A program made the position numbers and the translations under genes. A DNA stretch of 64,000 nucleotides from positions 41,106,001 through 41,170,000 of the forward strand of contig OX597832.1 in NCBI GenBank assembly GCA_951406725.2. The letters run 5' to 3'. Below the pieces are notes generated by a model that had not been told where the DNA came from, did no database searches, and saw nothing but the letters and a program-made list of their open reading frames with translations. How positions within the stretch are numbered: the stretch's first letter is position 1; every line of letters begins with the position of its first letter. Source of the stretch: Octopus vulgaris (taxonomy: Eukaryota). Shown here in pieces: positions 1-11,854 of the stretch.

Positions 1-895
1 TGTTTTCTTTATCCAAAATTCAGACAGAACTTATGGGATAACCTGATATATAGGAATAAAATATTTTTGGTAGTGCATAGAAGAAATTAAAGAATTGTTC
101 CTTAGTTTATTTGAACACAGGTATGACGAGTCATACGGGGAATGAAATAAAATAAAGTAACATATTTTATGTTATTAGATTTTAAAATGTTTTTAAAAAC
201 AAAACAAGATAGACATGAAAGGAATGCATTTGATTGCGAGTCGACTCAGTTGGGGCTGACTTAGATCTAAGCAACAAAATCAATTACACATCAAAAATCA
301 CAGCGAGTTTCTATGTGGTTACTAATCTGTTAGAAATTGCAGCCAAATCCCCTTTAAATCATATCCTACCGTCTTGGAAAAAGATTAGATAATCTAGTCC
401 TAAATACACTATGTCTCAATAAAAGATGCAATGCTTTTTTGTACCTAGAACTACATATTTCAAATGTAGCCTTCCTTATTTAAAGAAGGTAGAATGTAAA
501 TTTGAGTGAGATTTGACTATTTTTAGCAGGCTGAGTGACCACCACACAGAAACTCCATTTTTGGATCATGTTAATTAGCAGAAATATATAAATTCTAATT
601 CAAACATCCTACCACCACCACCACCACCTCTGCTACCGACACCACCGCCTCCACCACCACCACCATCACAAGCATCACCACCATGTCACTAATGTGATGT
701 CATGTAATGTCAATACAGGAAATTATATTAGCATGAGATTGCTGATGAAATGTATGTACAAGGAAATATTAAAAAATTCCAGAAGATTTTGTTGACATTT
801 CTGGATATTAACATTCCTGCAATGGGTGTCATATACATAGCTGTATCGGTTAAAAGTTGCTTCACAACCATGGGAACCCAGAGGGGTTCACTCAC

Positions 896-956
896 CCTGT
901 GGTATCTTGCGTAAATACGTTTTACCATAGCCTCAGGTTGACTAATTTGCATGAAA
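896..956 (-). CDS. Candidate internal exon (FMQISQPEAMVKRIYARYHR) of an unidentified minus-strand gene
   Basis: Minus strand reads tttctgtcttgcAG acceptor and AGG|GTGAGT donor. Only one frame is open and the sequence is non-repeat. No homology recognised with certainty. Confidence 0.35.
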
Positions 957-1153
957 CTGCAAGACAGAAATACACACACACACACATACTCTTGCACTGG
1001 TTCCATTTGCTGACCGGTGGCCATGATACGGTATTGCTTGCAAACATTTTTAGTCAATTATATCATCCCCACTACTTCAATTTGATACCGTAAATCCTCG
1101 AGTATAATCCGCATTTTTTCCCAAAATTTAAAGGTCAAGTGTTGGGATGACCA

Positions 1154-1750
1154 AAGCTCTGTGAGTGGATGTGGTAGACAGAAACTGAAAGAAGCCTGTT
1201 GTATGTGTGTGTATATATGTATGTATACGTCTATGTGTGTGTGTCTTTGTGTCTGTATTCAGAAACCCTTAAAAGTGTCACCCACCACTGCTTGGCAACT
1301 GGTGTCAATGTGTTTTCATCCCTGTAACTGGTTTGGCTAAAGTGACCAATAGAATAAGAAGTGGGCTTAAAAAATAAGTCCTGGGGTCGATTTGTTCAGC
1401 TAAAGCCCTTCAAGGTGGTGCCCCAGTATGACTGCAGTCAAAATGACTGAAGCAAATCTTTATATATTACAGTGAAGTTGTGTCTGTCTCCTACATCTAG
1501 CGGTGCAGTGTAACCAAAAGCGGGTATCTTAAAGTCGTGATTCATATCGAGCCCTTCTGGGTATTAGCGCGCGTCCACGATGAGTCTACGATTTTAAAAA
1601 AAATTTACCATCATTTTTTCCCATTTTTAATGCATTTTTTCGCTATTATATAAGGGAAGTAACTCTCTAAAAATGCTTATATAGTTATTTCCTTTACAAA
1701 CCCAAGCAACGCCGGGCGATACTGCTAGTAAATAATAAAAGATAAAAGAT
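1154..1750 (+). mobile_element. Degenerate 5'-truncated copy of tRNA-derived SINE family A, interrupted by a Helitron-like insertion
   Basis: Matches body and tail of other family A copies (gtgagtggat..gtagac.gaaactgaaagaagcc, internal (TG)n, cagtcaaaatgactgaa). Confidence 0.8.
1457..1728 (+). mobile_element. Non-autonomous Helitron-like element
   Basis: Begins TC (tctttatatattac), ends CTAG after a short imperfect GC hairpin (cccaagcaacgccggg), and lies between A and T with no TSD. These are canonical Helitron end signatures. Confidence 0.7.
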
Positions 1751-1862
1751 GAGAAAACACAAAACAACACCAGTCACAAGCTTCAGAGACAACGACAGAC
1801 AAAAGTCAGGAGCTCTCAATTATACCCTCGGATGATCTCATACTTAACCTGACCTGATATTA

Positions 1863-2280
1863 ACTCTCTTTACTCTTTTACTCTTTTACTTGTTTCAGTC
1901 ATTTGACTGCAGCCATGCTGGAGCACCGCCTTTAATCGAGCAACTCGACCCCGGGACTTATTCTTTTGTAAGCCCAGTACTTATTCTATCAGTCTCTTTT
2001 GTTGAACCGCTAAGTGACAGCGACATAAACACACCAGCATCGGTTGCCAAGCAATGCTAGGGGGACAAACACAGACACACAAACATACACACGCATACAT
2101 ATATATATACATATATACGACGGGCTTCTTTCAGTTTCCGTCTACCAAATCCACTCACAAGGCTTTAGTCGGCCCAAGGCTATAGTAGAAGACACTTGCC
2201 CAAGGTGCCACGCAGTGGGACTGAACCCAGAACCATGTGGTTGGTAAACAAGCTACTTACCACACAGCAACTCCTGCGCC
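1863..2280 (-). mobile_element. Full-length tRNA-derived SINE family A
   Basis: Minus strand gives ggcgcaggag.tg.ctgtgtggtaagtagc (A-box-like), ggttcagtccc (B-box-like), CORE-like ccttgggcaagtgtctt, internal TA/TG microsatellite and (aaaagagt)n tail. Confidence 0.9.
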
Positions 2281-2332
2281 TATGCTTTTCTATATTTTGT
2301 CCTTATTGAATACAGTATTTATTACTATGCTT

Positions 2333-2557
2333 ACTTGTGCGACATTCACCCTGGGCGGGTTGAGTCCGCTTCTTCTACCACCCTTGAGGCATTTCGAACC
2401 ATGGCAGCCCATGCACGACGCTCCTGCACCAGTTTACTGGAGATAGCGAGCCAGTCACGGTTCCATCGGCGCAGGCCAACCACCTGCGGTCCCGTGAGCA
2501 AAGAGAGGTCCTCCTTGATCGTCGTAACCCAGGTCTTCAACTGCCTACCTCAAATTC
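2333..2557 (-). mobile_element. 5'-truncated RTE-clade LINE 3' end
   Basis: ORF 2346..2540 (KTWVTTIKEDL...VQERRAWAAMVR) resembles an RTE ORF C-terminus. Flanked by the 12-bp direct repeat attactatgctt (2321-2332, 2558-2569). Confidence 0.75.
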
Positions 2558-3673
2558 ATTACTATGCTTGTCCTTATTGAATGCAGTATTTATTACTATA
2601 TTAGGGAAATTTATAAAATCCATTATATAAATTCATAGCATTTCAAACTTTGAATTAAATACTTAAATATTCAGTGATTTTCATTTTTAATTTTGATTTC
2701 TCTGCAATTTTTACTTTGTAATTTATTTTGAGATTTGCTATTTTATTTTTTTAATCTGTACTTAAACTAAATTATTATTGTTACCTCAAATCCTTCTCCC
2801 ATCTTTTTAATCTCCTATAAATACTTTTCTTAATACTTTTAATATGTTTGATTCTACTTTTCATCTATTTTGGATTATTATTTTTCAGGTTTGAATTATC
2901 TTCTTTGAGTGTGAATCATTTGGAATAATTTGAAGGATTTCTGAAAAATTTTGCATTCATTATCCAAATCTAAATAACTGGAAGGCTCACAGTCTAACAT
3001 ATTTCTTTCCTGGTGATTCTAAAATAACCCTAATTCTCCCTGGAACTGAATTCACTTGTTCAGGCCCTGCTGGGATGATACCATAATATCACCCTACACC
3101 TCACCCCTAAATCTGTAGCAGGGATATTCATCAATCATTCATCAATCACCCAATGTTGTGATTGACTACAATGATACCCACATGATCAACAAAATCTGAC
3201 CAATCATGACTTTGCATGGAACAAGCTCCCAGCAATGATTTCCTCTTTTGGCACACTTCTTTCTGAGCCTAACCATCCATATAAATTCAGCACACATTCA
3301 CTACTTGACAGAGAACTTTGAGAGAGCATTGAGACACAACAGAGATGGGATGGCATTTGGACAATGAACAGAGACAGGCAGCTGGTGGCCAGAGCTGACA
3401 ACAACCACCAATGAACAGTCAGTGACAGCAACACAACAGCCAGCAGCTGACTTTTTGACTACTATTACAATTATACCAAAATCAATAACATTTTGTTATT
3501 CATAGTAATGACAGTATTTGTTTTTTGTATACAAAAAGAATAAAATTTTGTTTATCAAAAATCAGAACAAATTTCTGTATTCTTCTTTGTACAAGTCTAT
3601 CTCTCAAACCAATAAAATTTGCTTTTGTGAAGTCTGTTATAATTCTATTATTTCCTTTCTTTTCATTTACTAA

Positions 3674-3881
3674 CCCTTTCTGCTGAGATGCTCTGTGTTT
3701 CTTTCAATTATTTTAAATATAACAAAGAATTTAGTAAAATAACTTAGTTAATCATTGAGCTAGTGTTAAGAACATAAATTGTGACTAAGGTTTGCTAGAA
3801 GATTTTAATTCAAAACTTATGTAAACAAGACATTTGTACACAGAGCCAGAGCCGGTTTCAGCCGGGTTGGTAACGAAAGGG
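3674..3881. mobile_element. piggyBac-like MITE
   Basis: Ends ccctttc ... gaaaggg, flanked by ctaa/ttaa (TTAA-type target). Confidence 0.65.
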
Positions 3882-4813
3882 TTAAGGTCAAATCTGACTT
3901 TGTGATTGCTATTTCCTAAATTTCTAAATTTGTAATTATATCTTATCTATAACTTAATACTAAATCTAGTCTATTATACTTTCAAGTTACCTTATTTACG
4001 AAAAACACAAGGAGTTATGATCTTGATAGGAGAGATATAGTCTGGTCAAGTTCAAATATTTAAATTATGATTGGAAAAAAGCAACCACCTCTGGATTTTG
4101 AAATAGAAGCTTTTGAAAAAAAACCCACAAAAGCATATAATCTGAACTAGAGAGGTATATTCTGGGATGGCTTGTTTTACATCCAGGGGTAAGAAACTAA
4201 ATTAGCCTAGAATGTACCTCAGAGTATAAAACAAGCTAGACTATTCTAATACCAAGGAAAAGGGAATTGTTTTTTATTTTTGGGAGGTGGGTGGGAGTAA
4301 TGTGGACCACTATAATGGTGTAATGAACAAAAACATATTTGGCATATAATTGCTTATATTACAGGGACACTAATCTTGTGATCATCATGATCCAGTGATT
4401 GGAAGCGTGCTTCTATATATAGACTCATAAAGGAGTCCAACTGTTAGTTATGTATGTTATCTGCTTAGCTGTAACTTAGCTTAAAGGCTCCCACAGTCTG
4501 TTTAGCTCATCTGTTTTGTCTGTCTGTTAACTCTCAGTCAACATCTCAGCTCTCAACTAAGTCAGCTACAACTGACTGTCAACTGGTCTCTCAGTTACAC
4601 TGTCTGCCATTTCTGAGATTACAGTCTCTCAGTAATGATGCTTGCTTCTTCAAAATGAATGAATCACCCTATTTCATATTGCAGCAGACATCAAACCAAT
4701 CTAATCTCACTGCTTCCTCATCTCTCATCTCTGTTTCCCCTCATATAATATATGTTTAATACACATGTCTACTAAAGTAAACATGCATGCAGACATACCT
4801 ACATATATATACA

Positions 4814-5045
4814 TATTTCTTTATTACCCACAAGGGGCTAAACATAGAGGGGACAAACAAGGACAGACAAATGGATTAAGTGGATTATATCGACACCAGT
4901 GCGTAACTGGTACTTTAATTTATCGACCCCGAAAGGATGAAAGGCAAAGTCGACCTCGGTGGAATTTGAACTCAGAACGTAACGGCAGACGAAATACTGC
5001 AAAGCATTCCGCCCGGCGTGCTAATGTTTCTGCCAGCTCGCCACC
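4814..5045 (-). mobile_element. tRNA-derived SINE family B
   Basis: Reverse complement of ggcgagctggcagaaac.ttagcacgccgggc...gagttcaaattcc (B-box) ...gcctttcatcctttcggggtcgata...ccccttgtggg..ataaagaaata. More than 12 copies in the window. Confidence 0.9.
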
Positions 5046-5458
5046 TTTATTATATATATATATATACATACTGTCTGGTGACCACTCAAATTTGTTTCTT
5101 CATAACTTTCTGAAAAATGCATAGTTTTCAATAAAATTTTGTGGAGACATATTGAGGCTATAGTAGAAGACCGCTACCCAAGGTGCCATTTAGTGGGACT
5201 GAACCCAAGATCCTAGGGTTCAGAAGCAAGCTTCTCAACCACACTCTTATTCCAGTATATAACACACACACACACACACACATATGCCTACTATTTTATA
5301 ACTCTATATCTGCTGATGTCCAACCAACCAACCAACCAACCAAACTATTTGTGCATCTCTTTCTGCTCCTCCCCTCCCTCTCAGACATGCTCTCTTACTC
5401 TTTTTCTCTCTCCCTCAATACCATTCCTTAATTCTTCTTCAACATCCCCAACACTTAC

Positions 5459-5559
5459 TTCCTCCTCAGACTCTTTCTCTTTCTCCTCTATATCAAAAAA
5501 TTTTGGAAATGTTTCTAAATTTTGATAAACCGCCCGAGTTCCAGCTGTTATCTCCGAGA
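5459..5559 (-). CDS. Candidate exon (SEITAGTRAVYQNLETFPKFFDIEEKEKESEEE)
   Basis: Good acceptor (ttatctttgctttgtaatctccacAG) and GTAAGT donor with one open frame, but its phase does not fit the neighbouring candidates. Confidence 0.3.
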
Positions 5560-5880
5560 CTGTGGAGATTACAAAGCAAAGATAAGAGTACCAATTCACC
5601 ATAGCTGGAATGTCTTAACCTTATCTACGTTGCCAATCCTTGATTTACTAACATTAGTGCATATTTTAAACGCACCATAGTTCTTCATAGGGTCACGAAC
5701 AGATAGGGCTGTTGCTGTTTACAATCAGCTTTTCCTTAAAGGTAAACTGTATCAAGTGCAGGATAAAATATTTAGCAATATTTAGTTATGGTTCTCAACA
5801 TTCTGTGTTCAAATCCTACTCTTTCTCTTTTATCTTTCCAAGCTTTGGTAAAATAAACAACGGAATAAACAAGCAAACAA

Positions 5881-6265
5881 TCATGATCATCATTTAGCGT
5901 CCGTTCTCCATGCTAGCATGGGTTGGACGGTTCGACCGGGGATCTGGGAAGCCAGAAGGCTGCACCAGGCTCCAGTCTTATCTGGCAATGTTTCTACAGC
6001 TGGATGCCCTTCCTAACGCCAACCACTCTGTGAGTGTAGTGGGTGCTTTTTACGTGCCACCTGCACAGGTGCCAGGCAAGGCTGGCAACAGCCACGGTTG
6101 GATTGGTGCATTTTACGTGCCACCGGCACGGAAGCCAGTCGAGGCAGCACTGGCTTCAGCCACGATTCGGATGGTGCTTTTTATGTGCCACCGGCACGGA
6201 AGCCAGTCGAGGCGGGACTGGCATCGGCCACGATTCGGATGGTGCTTTTTACGTACCACCAGTCC
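5881..6265 (-). mobile_element. SINE-like family C with (GAT)n tail and internal ~65-bp tandem units
   Basis: catcat..tttagcgtccg..ccatgctagcatgggttggacgg...ggatgcccttcctaacgccaaccact followed by repeated gtgcttttt.cgtgccaccggcacgg units. Homologous copies at 25.0, 29.1 and 52.3 kb. Confidence 0.8.
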
Positions 6266-6665
6266 AAGGGTCCTGGCATCTGCCGGGGAAGAAAACAATC
6301 CACAAGTGACCAGCATTAGAAAGAACAACAATGATGATGAGGCTGATGATGATGACAATAATTTCTTTAATTGGTCACAAGTGTTCAGGATCATCATCAT
6401 CATCATCATCATCGTTTAACATCTGCTTTCCGTGATTATCATTCCTTCTCTGCGAAACGAAGGCAGCATGTCAGTCTTCACCATAGACTCAGCAGACAGC
6501 CGGATTCATCCTACAAGTCACTAACACAACTGAATGATGATATGCAGGACAGTTTCATTTCTCTGTATGCACAGGTTCTGTTATTGGTGCTTCCATACCC
6601 GTTGAGCTTCTCTCAAACAGATAATGCCTTCTTGTAGTACTGTCATGTCAAGAAAGTTATCCATA

Positions 6666-6829
6666 GGCGCAGGAGTGGCTGTGTGGTAAGTAGCTTGCTA
6701 ACCAACCACATGGTTCCGGATTCAGTCCCACTGCGTGGCATCTTGGGCAAGTGTCTTCTGCTATAGCCCCGGGCCAACAAATGCCTTGTGAGTGGATTTG
6801 GTAGACGGAAACTGAAAGAAGCCTGTCGT

Positions 6830-6880
<51 letters not shown>

Positions 6881-7114
6881 AGTGTGTGTGTGTGTGTGCG
6901 TGTTTGTGTGTGTGTGTTTGTCCCCCTAGCATTGCTTGACAACCAATGCTGGTGTGTTTACGTCCCCGTCACTTAGCGGTTCGGCAAAAGAGACCAATAG
7001 AATAAGTACTGGGCTTCCAAAAGAATAAGTCCCGGGGCCGATTTGCTCGACTAAAGGCGGTGCTCCAGCATGGCCACAGTCAAATGACTGAAAGAAGTAA
7101 AAAAGAGTAAAGAG
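6666..7114 (+). mobile_element. Full-length SINE family A
   Basis: Complete head, CORE-like segment, (TA)n(TG)n and aagagt tail. Confidence 0.9.
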
Positions 7115-7384
7115 TATAGTCTTCTATAGAATACGCTGCTCAGACTGTTCTAGTTGATGGCCAGAATCAAATATCAGGTCATCGCCAATGCCAGATGCAC
7201 AACCTCAGCTACTGCTGCTGCTGGTTGTGTTGCCACTCACATTTCTCTTTTTGTCACTGCAGCTGCAGCAATAACAACAACTACAAGAACAGGAGAAGAT
7301 ATTATTTTGTTCAAATGAAACTTCATAAGAGAGCCAAAAAGAAAAAAGAAAAAAGTTTTACCAGGACCTAATTAAAACTGTTAC

Positions 7385-7469
7385 CAAGCAGACCACTTGA
7401 CATTATACATATTATCAGAAAATAGGAAAATACTTATAAGCTCCTCTACTTCTGCTTCCGACCACACTT
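7385..7469 (-). CDS. Candidate exon (VWSEAEVEELISIFLFSDNMYNVKWSA)
   Basis: Acceptor (ttg)n..ttcctacatgcAG and donor TG|GTAACA. Single open frame, in phase with candidate 8441-8508. Confidence 0.35.
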
Positions 7470-8440
7470 CTGCATGTAGGAACAGCAACAACAACAACAA
7501 CAATGAAAATTCAAGAGCAGCAAAAATTTGGTTTAGTAAAATAGCAGGCCCTTTGACAAGATATGAATGCCATATCTATTGCTTGCCAGGCAATCATTTT
7601 ACTGAATACACAACACTGTATCTGCCCTTTTCTTCTTCTTTGGCCAAACAAATCACTAGTCTCCAAGTATCACACTTATTTAAACAGATAGCCTGTCAGC
7701 TACTTACTCCTTGGTGGATATATACTTCATCTGCCTAACATGAAGTGTCACATTATGGTTAGTAACTAACTTCCTTCACAAGTATCTCATTTGTTTCACA
7801 GAAAAAAAACTGTCAGTTACATCCCTGTAACTTAGTGGTTCGGCAAAAAAGACCAATAGAATAAGTACTAGGCTTACAAAAAATAAGTCCTGGAGCCGAT
7901 TTGCTCGACTAAAGGCAGTGCTCCAGCATGGCCACAGTCAAATGACTGAAACAAGTAAAAGAGTATAAATTAATGTCACCCATCTTAACACCATCAACTC
8001 TGCTTCAAAAGCAGTGGTAAGAAATCTGATGATGAGGTGGGCAAGGATGGGGCTCCACATAGCTGGAGAGAGCAGTCAAATTCTTTGCCATCTCTTAAAA
8101 ACAAACAAAAAAAAGAGACATTGAATACTGTCGTTCTGAATAGATTGTCTGAAAATAAGTTGAGATCAATATGGCTTTAGAGTGGTTTAATCATAGATCC
8201 ACTTGATCAGAGCTGATCTGAGGTTAAAGAACAACAACACCTGATAAGCCAAGAAAAATACCTGACTGGCTAGGCTTCAGAGGTAAATCTCCTTCAAATC
8301 ACACCTACCATTTACAAAAGAAGACATTAGATAATATGATCCTGGGTGCACTATTTGAGGGAAAAGATGACAATGTCATGGTTGGAATGCCTTGATTATA
8401 GATCCAAGAAATCAGGACTGGCCTGAGACAACATCTCCAC

Positions 8441-8508
8441 CTAGTTCTTCAGTCTCTTTAAGGTAGAGTTCACTCTGTTGCAAGCATTCCAACCAGATCT
8501 GGGCAAGC
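8441..8508 (-). CDS. Candidate exon (LAQIWLECLQQSELYLKETEEL)
   Basis: Acceptor cacttttcAG, weak donor AG|GTGGAG. Single open frame, phase-compatible on both sides. Confidence 0.3.
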
Positions 8509-9530
8509 CTGAAAAGTGTTGGAAGCATTAATCTTTCTCTAACATTCTGAAAAAGACATTTTATAGATTTTTTTTTTTTTCATGAACATCCTGGAGTGTT
8601 GCTAAATATTGGCTTAAGACTATTTTCGTTTGGACTGTGTGTTTTTGTCCTAAAGCGACCAGACAACTTAGGTCAAACAATTGCAATCTGAGCCCTAAAT
8701 AAATGTTAATGTGTCAACACGAAATATTGGGAGAAGAGGGAGAGGAAGTCGAAGATGTAAAATAAATGTTGACTATGGAGTGAATGAGTTATGTTCTGAT
8801 TTCATTCAGTCTCTAACACCGTCCGTTATTGTTCCATATTGGATGACTGTCTCTACTTAGGTCAAACGGAAGTGATGGTGGGGTGGGGTGGCGTAGAGAT
8901 GGATGTGATGGATAACGAGATATAGAAAAGATAGAGACACTCGGGCATGGTCATAGACAAATAATTGGAGGGATGAGTAACAAAGTATACGAAGGTCAGA
9001 AAATAAATACAGAGATCAATAGATAAAAAAAAAAATGTTGGAGGAGAGTGTCAGAAAGTGATAAAAAAAAAAAAAAAACGACCGAGGTTTGTGATTAGAG
9101 GGCGTGAGTGATTCATGGAATCGGCTGAGGTGAAAAACAGATAAAATGACAATTGGAGTGAATGAGAAATCACTGGCAAAGGAAGAAAATTGTGAAAGCA
9201 GCCCGATAAGATAAATTCAGACGAGCAGCAGCAATGGCAGCAGCATTGCCAGACGTAGACAGTAACAATGGTAGCAGCAACAGCAGCATCGACAGCAGCT
9301 GTTAGACAATGACGACTACCATAAGAGCAGTCACTCAGAATAGCAGCAATGACGGCTGGCTCCAGCTGCAGATACTACAGCAGCAACAACAGCCACAACT
9401 TGAAACAGCTGCTTCTGCAGTAAAAGAAAAGATGCAGCATTCTCAAAGCGGCAACAGCAGCAATGGAAGGGAGGAGATGATGGCCGTCTCAGCAGACGAT
9501 ACAGACGACTATAAAGTGCTTATGACTCAC

Positions 9531-9580
9531 TTTAATAATGTCGGCTGACGTTTGGAAGAGGAGTAGGAGGTTGGTGAAGA
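9531..9580 (-). CDS. Candidate exon (SSPTSYSSSKRQPTLLK)
   Basis: Donor GTGAGT. Acceptor aaacAG lies downstream of a long pyrimidine tract on the minus strand. Confidence 0.3.
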
Positions 9581-9596
9581 CTGTTTTAATATTGGG

Positions 9597-9980
9597 AGAG
9601 AGAGAGGGGGAGGGATAGAGAGAAACGATAGTGTATAAATATATGAATGTGTGTGAGAGAGAGGGAGAGAGAAAGAGAGAAGGAGAGAGAGAAAGAGAGA
9701 GGGGGAGGGAGAGAAACGACAGTGTATAAATATATGAATGTGTGTGAGAGAGAGAGAAAGAGAGAGGGAGAGAGAGAAACGACAGTGTATAAATATATGA
9801 ATGTGTGTGAGAGTGAGGGAAAAAGAGACACGACAGTGTATAAATATATGAATGGGTGTGAGAGAGGGGGAGAGAGAAACGATAGTGTATAAATATATGA
9901 ATGTGTGAGAGAGAGGGGGAAAGAGAAACGACAGTGTATAAATATATGAATGTGTGTGAGAGAGAGAGAAAGAGAGAAGA
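9597..9980 (+). repeat. ~55-65 bp minisatellite, six copies
   Basis: Unit core gaaacga(c/t)agtgtataaatatatgaatgtgtgtgagag with variable (GA)n linkers. Confidence 0.9.
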
Positions 9981-10569
9981 TTCACTGAAGGAGTAAGAGT
10001 GTGAGAGGAAGAAAGTGACTGAGTATAACTGAAAGAGTAGCAGAGGTAGTGGAGGGAAGGGAGGAGAGATCGCTAGTGTAGATGAGAGAGAAGGAGAATG
10101 GAATATATGAAAGGGAGTGAGGGGTAATTGACTGTATGGATGAGAGGGGGAGGGAGAGGTAAGTCAATATGTATGAGAGACTGAAAAAACGGAGTGTATA
10201 GGAATTTAAAGAAAAACTGATACATATTGTTATTAAATGATAGACTTAATGAATGAAGGAGTTAGAGGAACGGGTAAATGGATGAGTTAAAGTTAAAGAC
10301 GAGGAAGTGAATAGAACAGATGAAAAAGAACGATATTAAAGTGAATTAAATGAGAGAGAAAAAGATGAAGGAAAAAAAGTAGGTGAAAAAGAAAGAAGAG
10401 AAATGAGTACAGAGGGAGAAGTATGTGAGAGGTAGAGAGATAGAGAGTGGAAGAGCAAAGAGAGGGAAGAAATGATATACAGTCTGTGAGAGAGATGAAA
10501 GAAATAAACGTGTAAGAAAATCAAGGGAAAGAGAAAAATGAATAGAGGAAGAGGTGAAAGAAAAAGATA

Positions 10570-10930
10570 AAAAGATGGTAGAAAGATGGAAGTGCCAAAG
10601 AGGAAGTAAGAGAGAGAGAGTGAGAGTGAGTGAGAGAAAGATGGTAGAAAGATAGAAGTGTCAAAGAGGAAGTAAGAGAGTGAGTGAGTGTGTGAGTGAG
10701 TGAGAGAAAGATGGAAGTAAGAGAGAGAGAAAGAAAGATAGAAGTAAGAGAGAGAGAAAGATGGTAGAAAGATAGAAGTGCTAAAGAGGAAGTAAGAGAG
10801 AGAGAGTGAGAGAAAGATGGAAGTAAGAGAGAGAGAGAGTGAGTGAGAGAAAGATGGAAGTAAAAGAGAGAAAGATGGTAGAAAGATAGAAGTGCCAAAG
10901 AGGAAGTAAGAGAGAGAGTGAGAGAGAGAA
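10570..10930 (+). repeat. Purine-rich tandem repeat
   Basis: Recurrent agaaagatggtagaaagatagaagtg.caaagaggaagtaagagag units. Confidence 0.85.
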
Positions 10931-11854
10931 TAACGTTGAAATGTAGGTTAGTAATGAAGGGAAGAGAAAAAATATGTAATAGACAGACATGGAAGTAAGG
11001 AGGAGTGGTAAGAAAGAGAGGAGACGAAATATGATAAACATTGAATTGATAGGGAGAAAGAAAAAGCAAGAGATATTGAGTGAGAAATAGAAAAAGAAGA
11101 AAGAGAGAGAGTAAGAAAAAGACAGGGAAAATAGAGTGAGGGTTAGAGATGTCGAGTAAACCTTAGGGAAGCAGAAAGAGAAATATATATGTTAGACTAA
11201 TGAGGGACAGGTTGAATTAGAGAGAGAGAAGCTAAAAAGAGAAAGACTGATAAGTAAGAGGGAGAGATAGAGATTAAAAAGAGAGATATAATGAGTCATT
11301 CAATTGAAATAGGATGATAAAACGGAAGGAAAGCCAGTGACCTTTTTGTGTGAAAAAAGCCAGTTTTTCTTAGATTTTGTTCTCATTTGTTGTCGTTCTG
11401 TCTTTCTCCATCTTTATCCTTTTTTTTTTTTAGGAGACGGAATTTATTTATAGACATCAATGTAAGTAAGGTGAATTGAGTCGGTTTGACACCTCTCAAT
11501 TGCGATGTCTTTGTATTTGGACAGTGGGAAACAAAATTGAAGTGAAATTAGCAGGCGTTATACTCTGAAATATTAGTCACAAGCAAATGCGAAGACCCAG
11601 TCTTCAAAGAAATATATTTGGAGTGAAACAACAGACGTGGATATTAAACATTTTGTTGTTGCTTTGTGAATAGCGAATGTTCCATAATTTTTTGTCATCA
11701 AGTACATCAAGTACATCAAGATCTGCATTACCCAAGGTTTCCTTCTTTTTTGTAATTTGATAAAGATTTAGTGTCTATTTCTAGAGACCACAGACACACT
11801 CTCGTTATCTCAGTTTTAGTAATATTAGAAAAGCAGTGTGTAGGGGTTATAATT

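Noticed and set aside
6666-6740. tRNA gene (also 60306-60350 and the family B heads)
   Set aside because: A/B boxes are present, but there is no complete cloverleaf and each continues into a SINE body.
9597-9980. Repeat-spacer-like array
   Set aside because: The apparent spacers are only variable (GA)n linkers, so this is a minisatellite.
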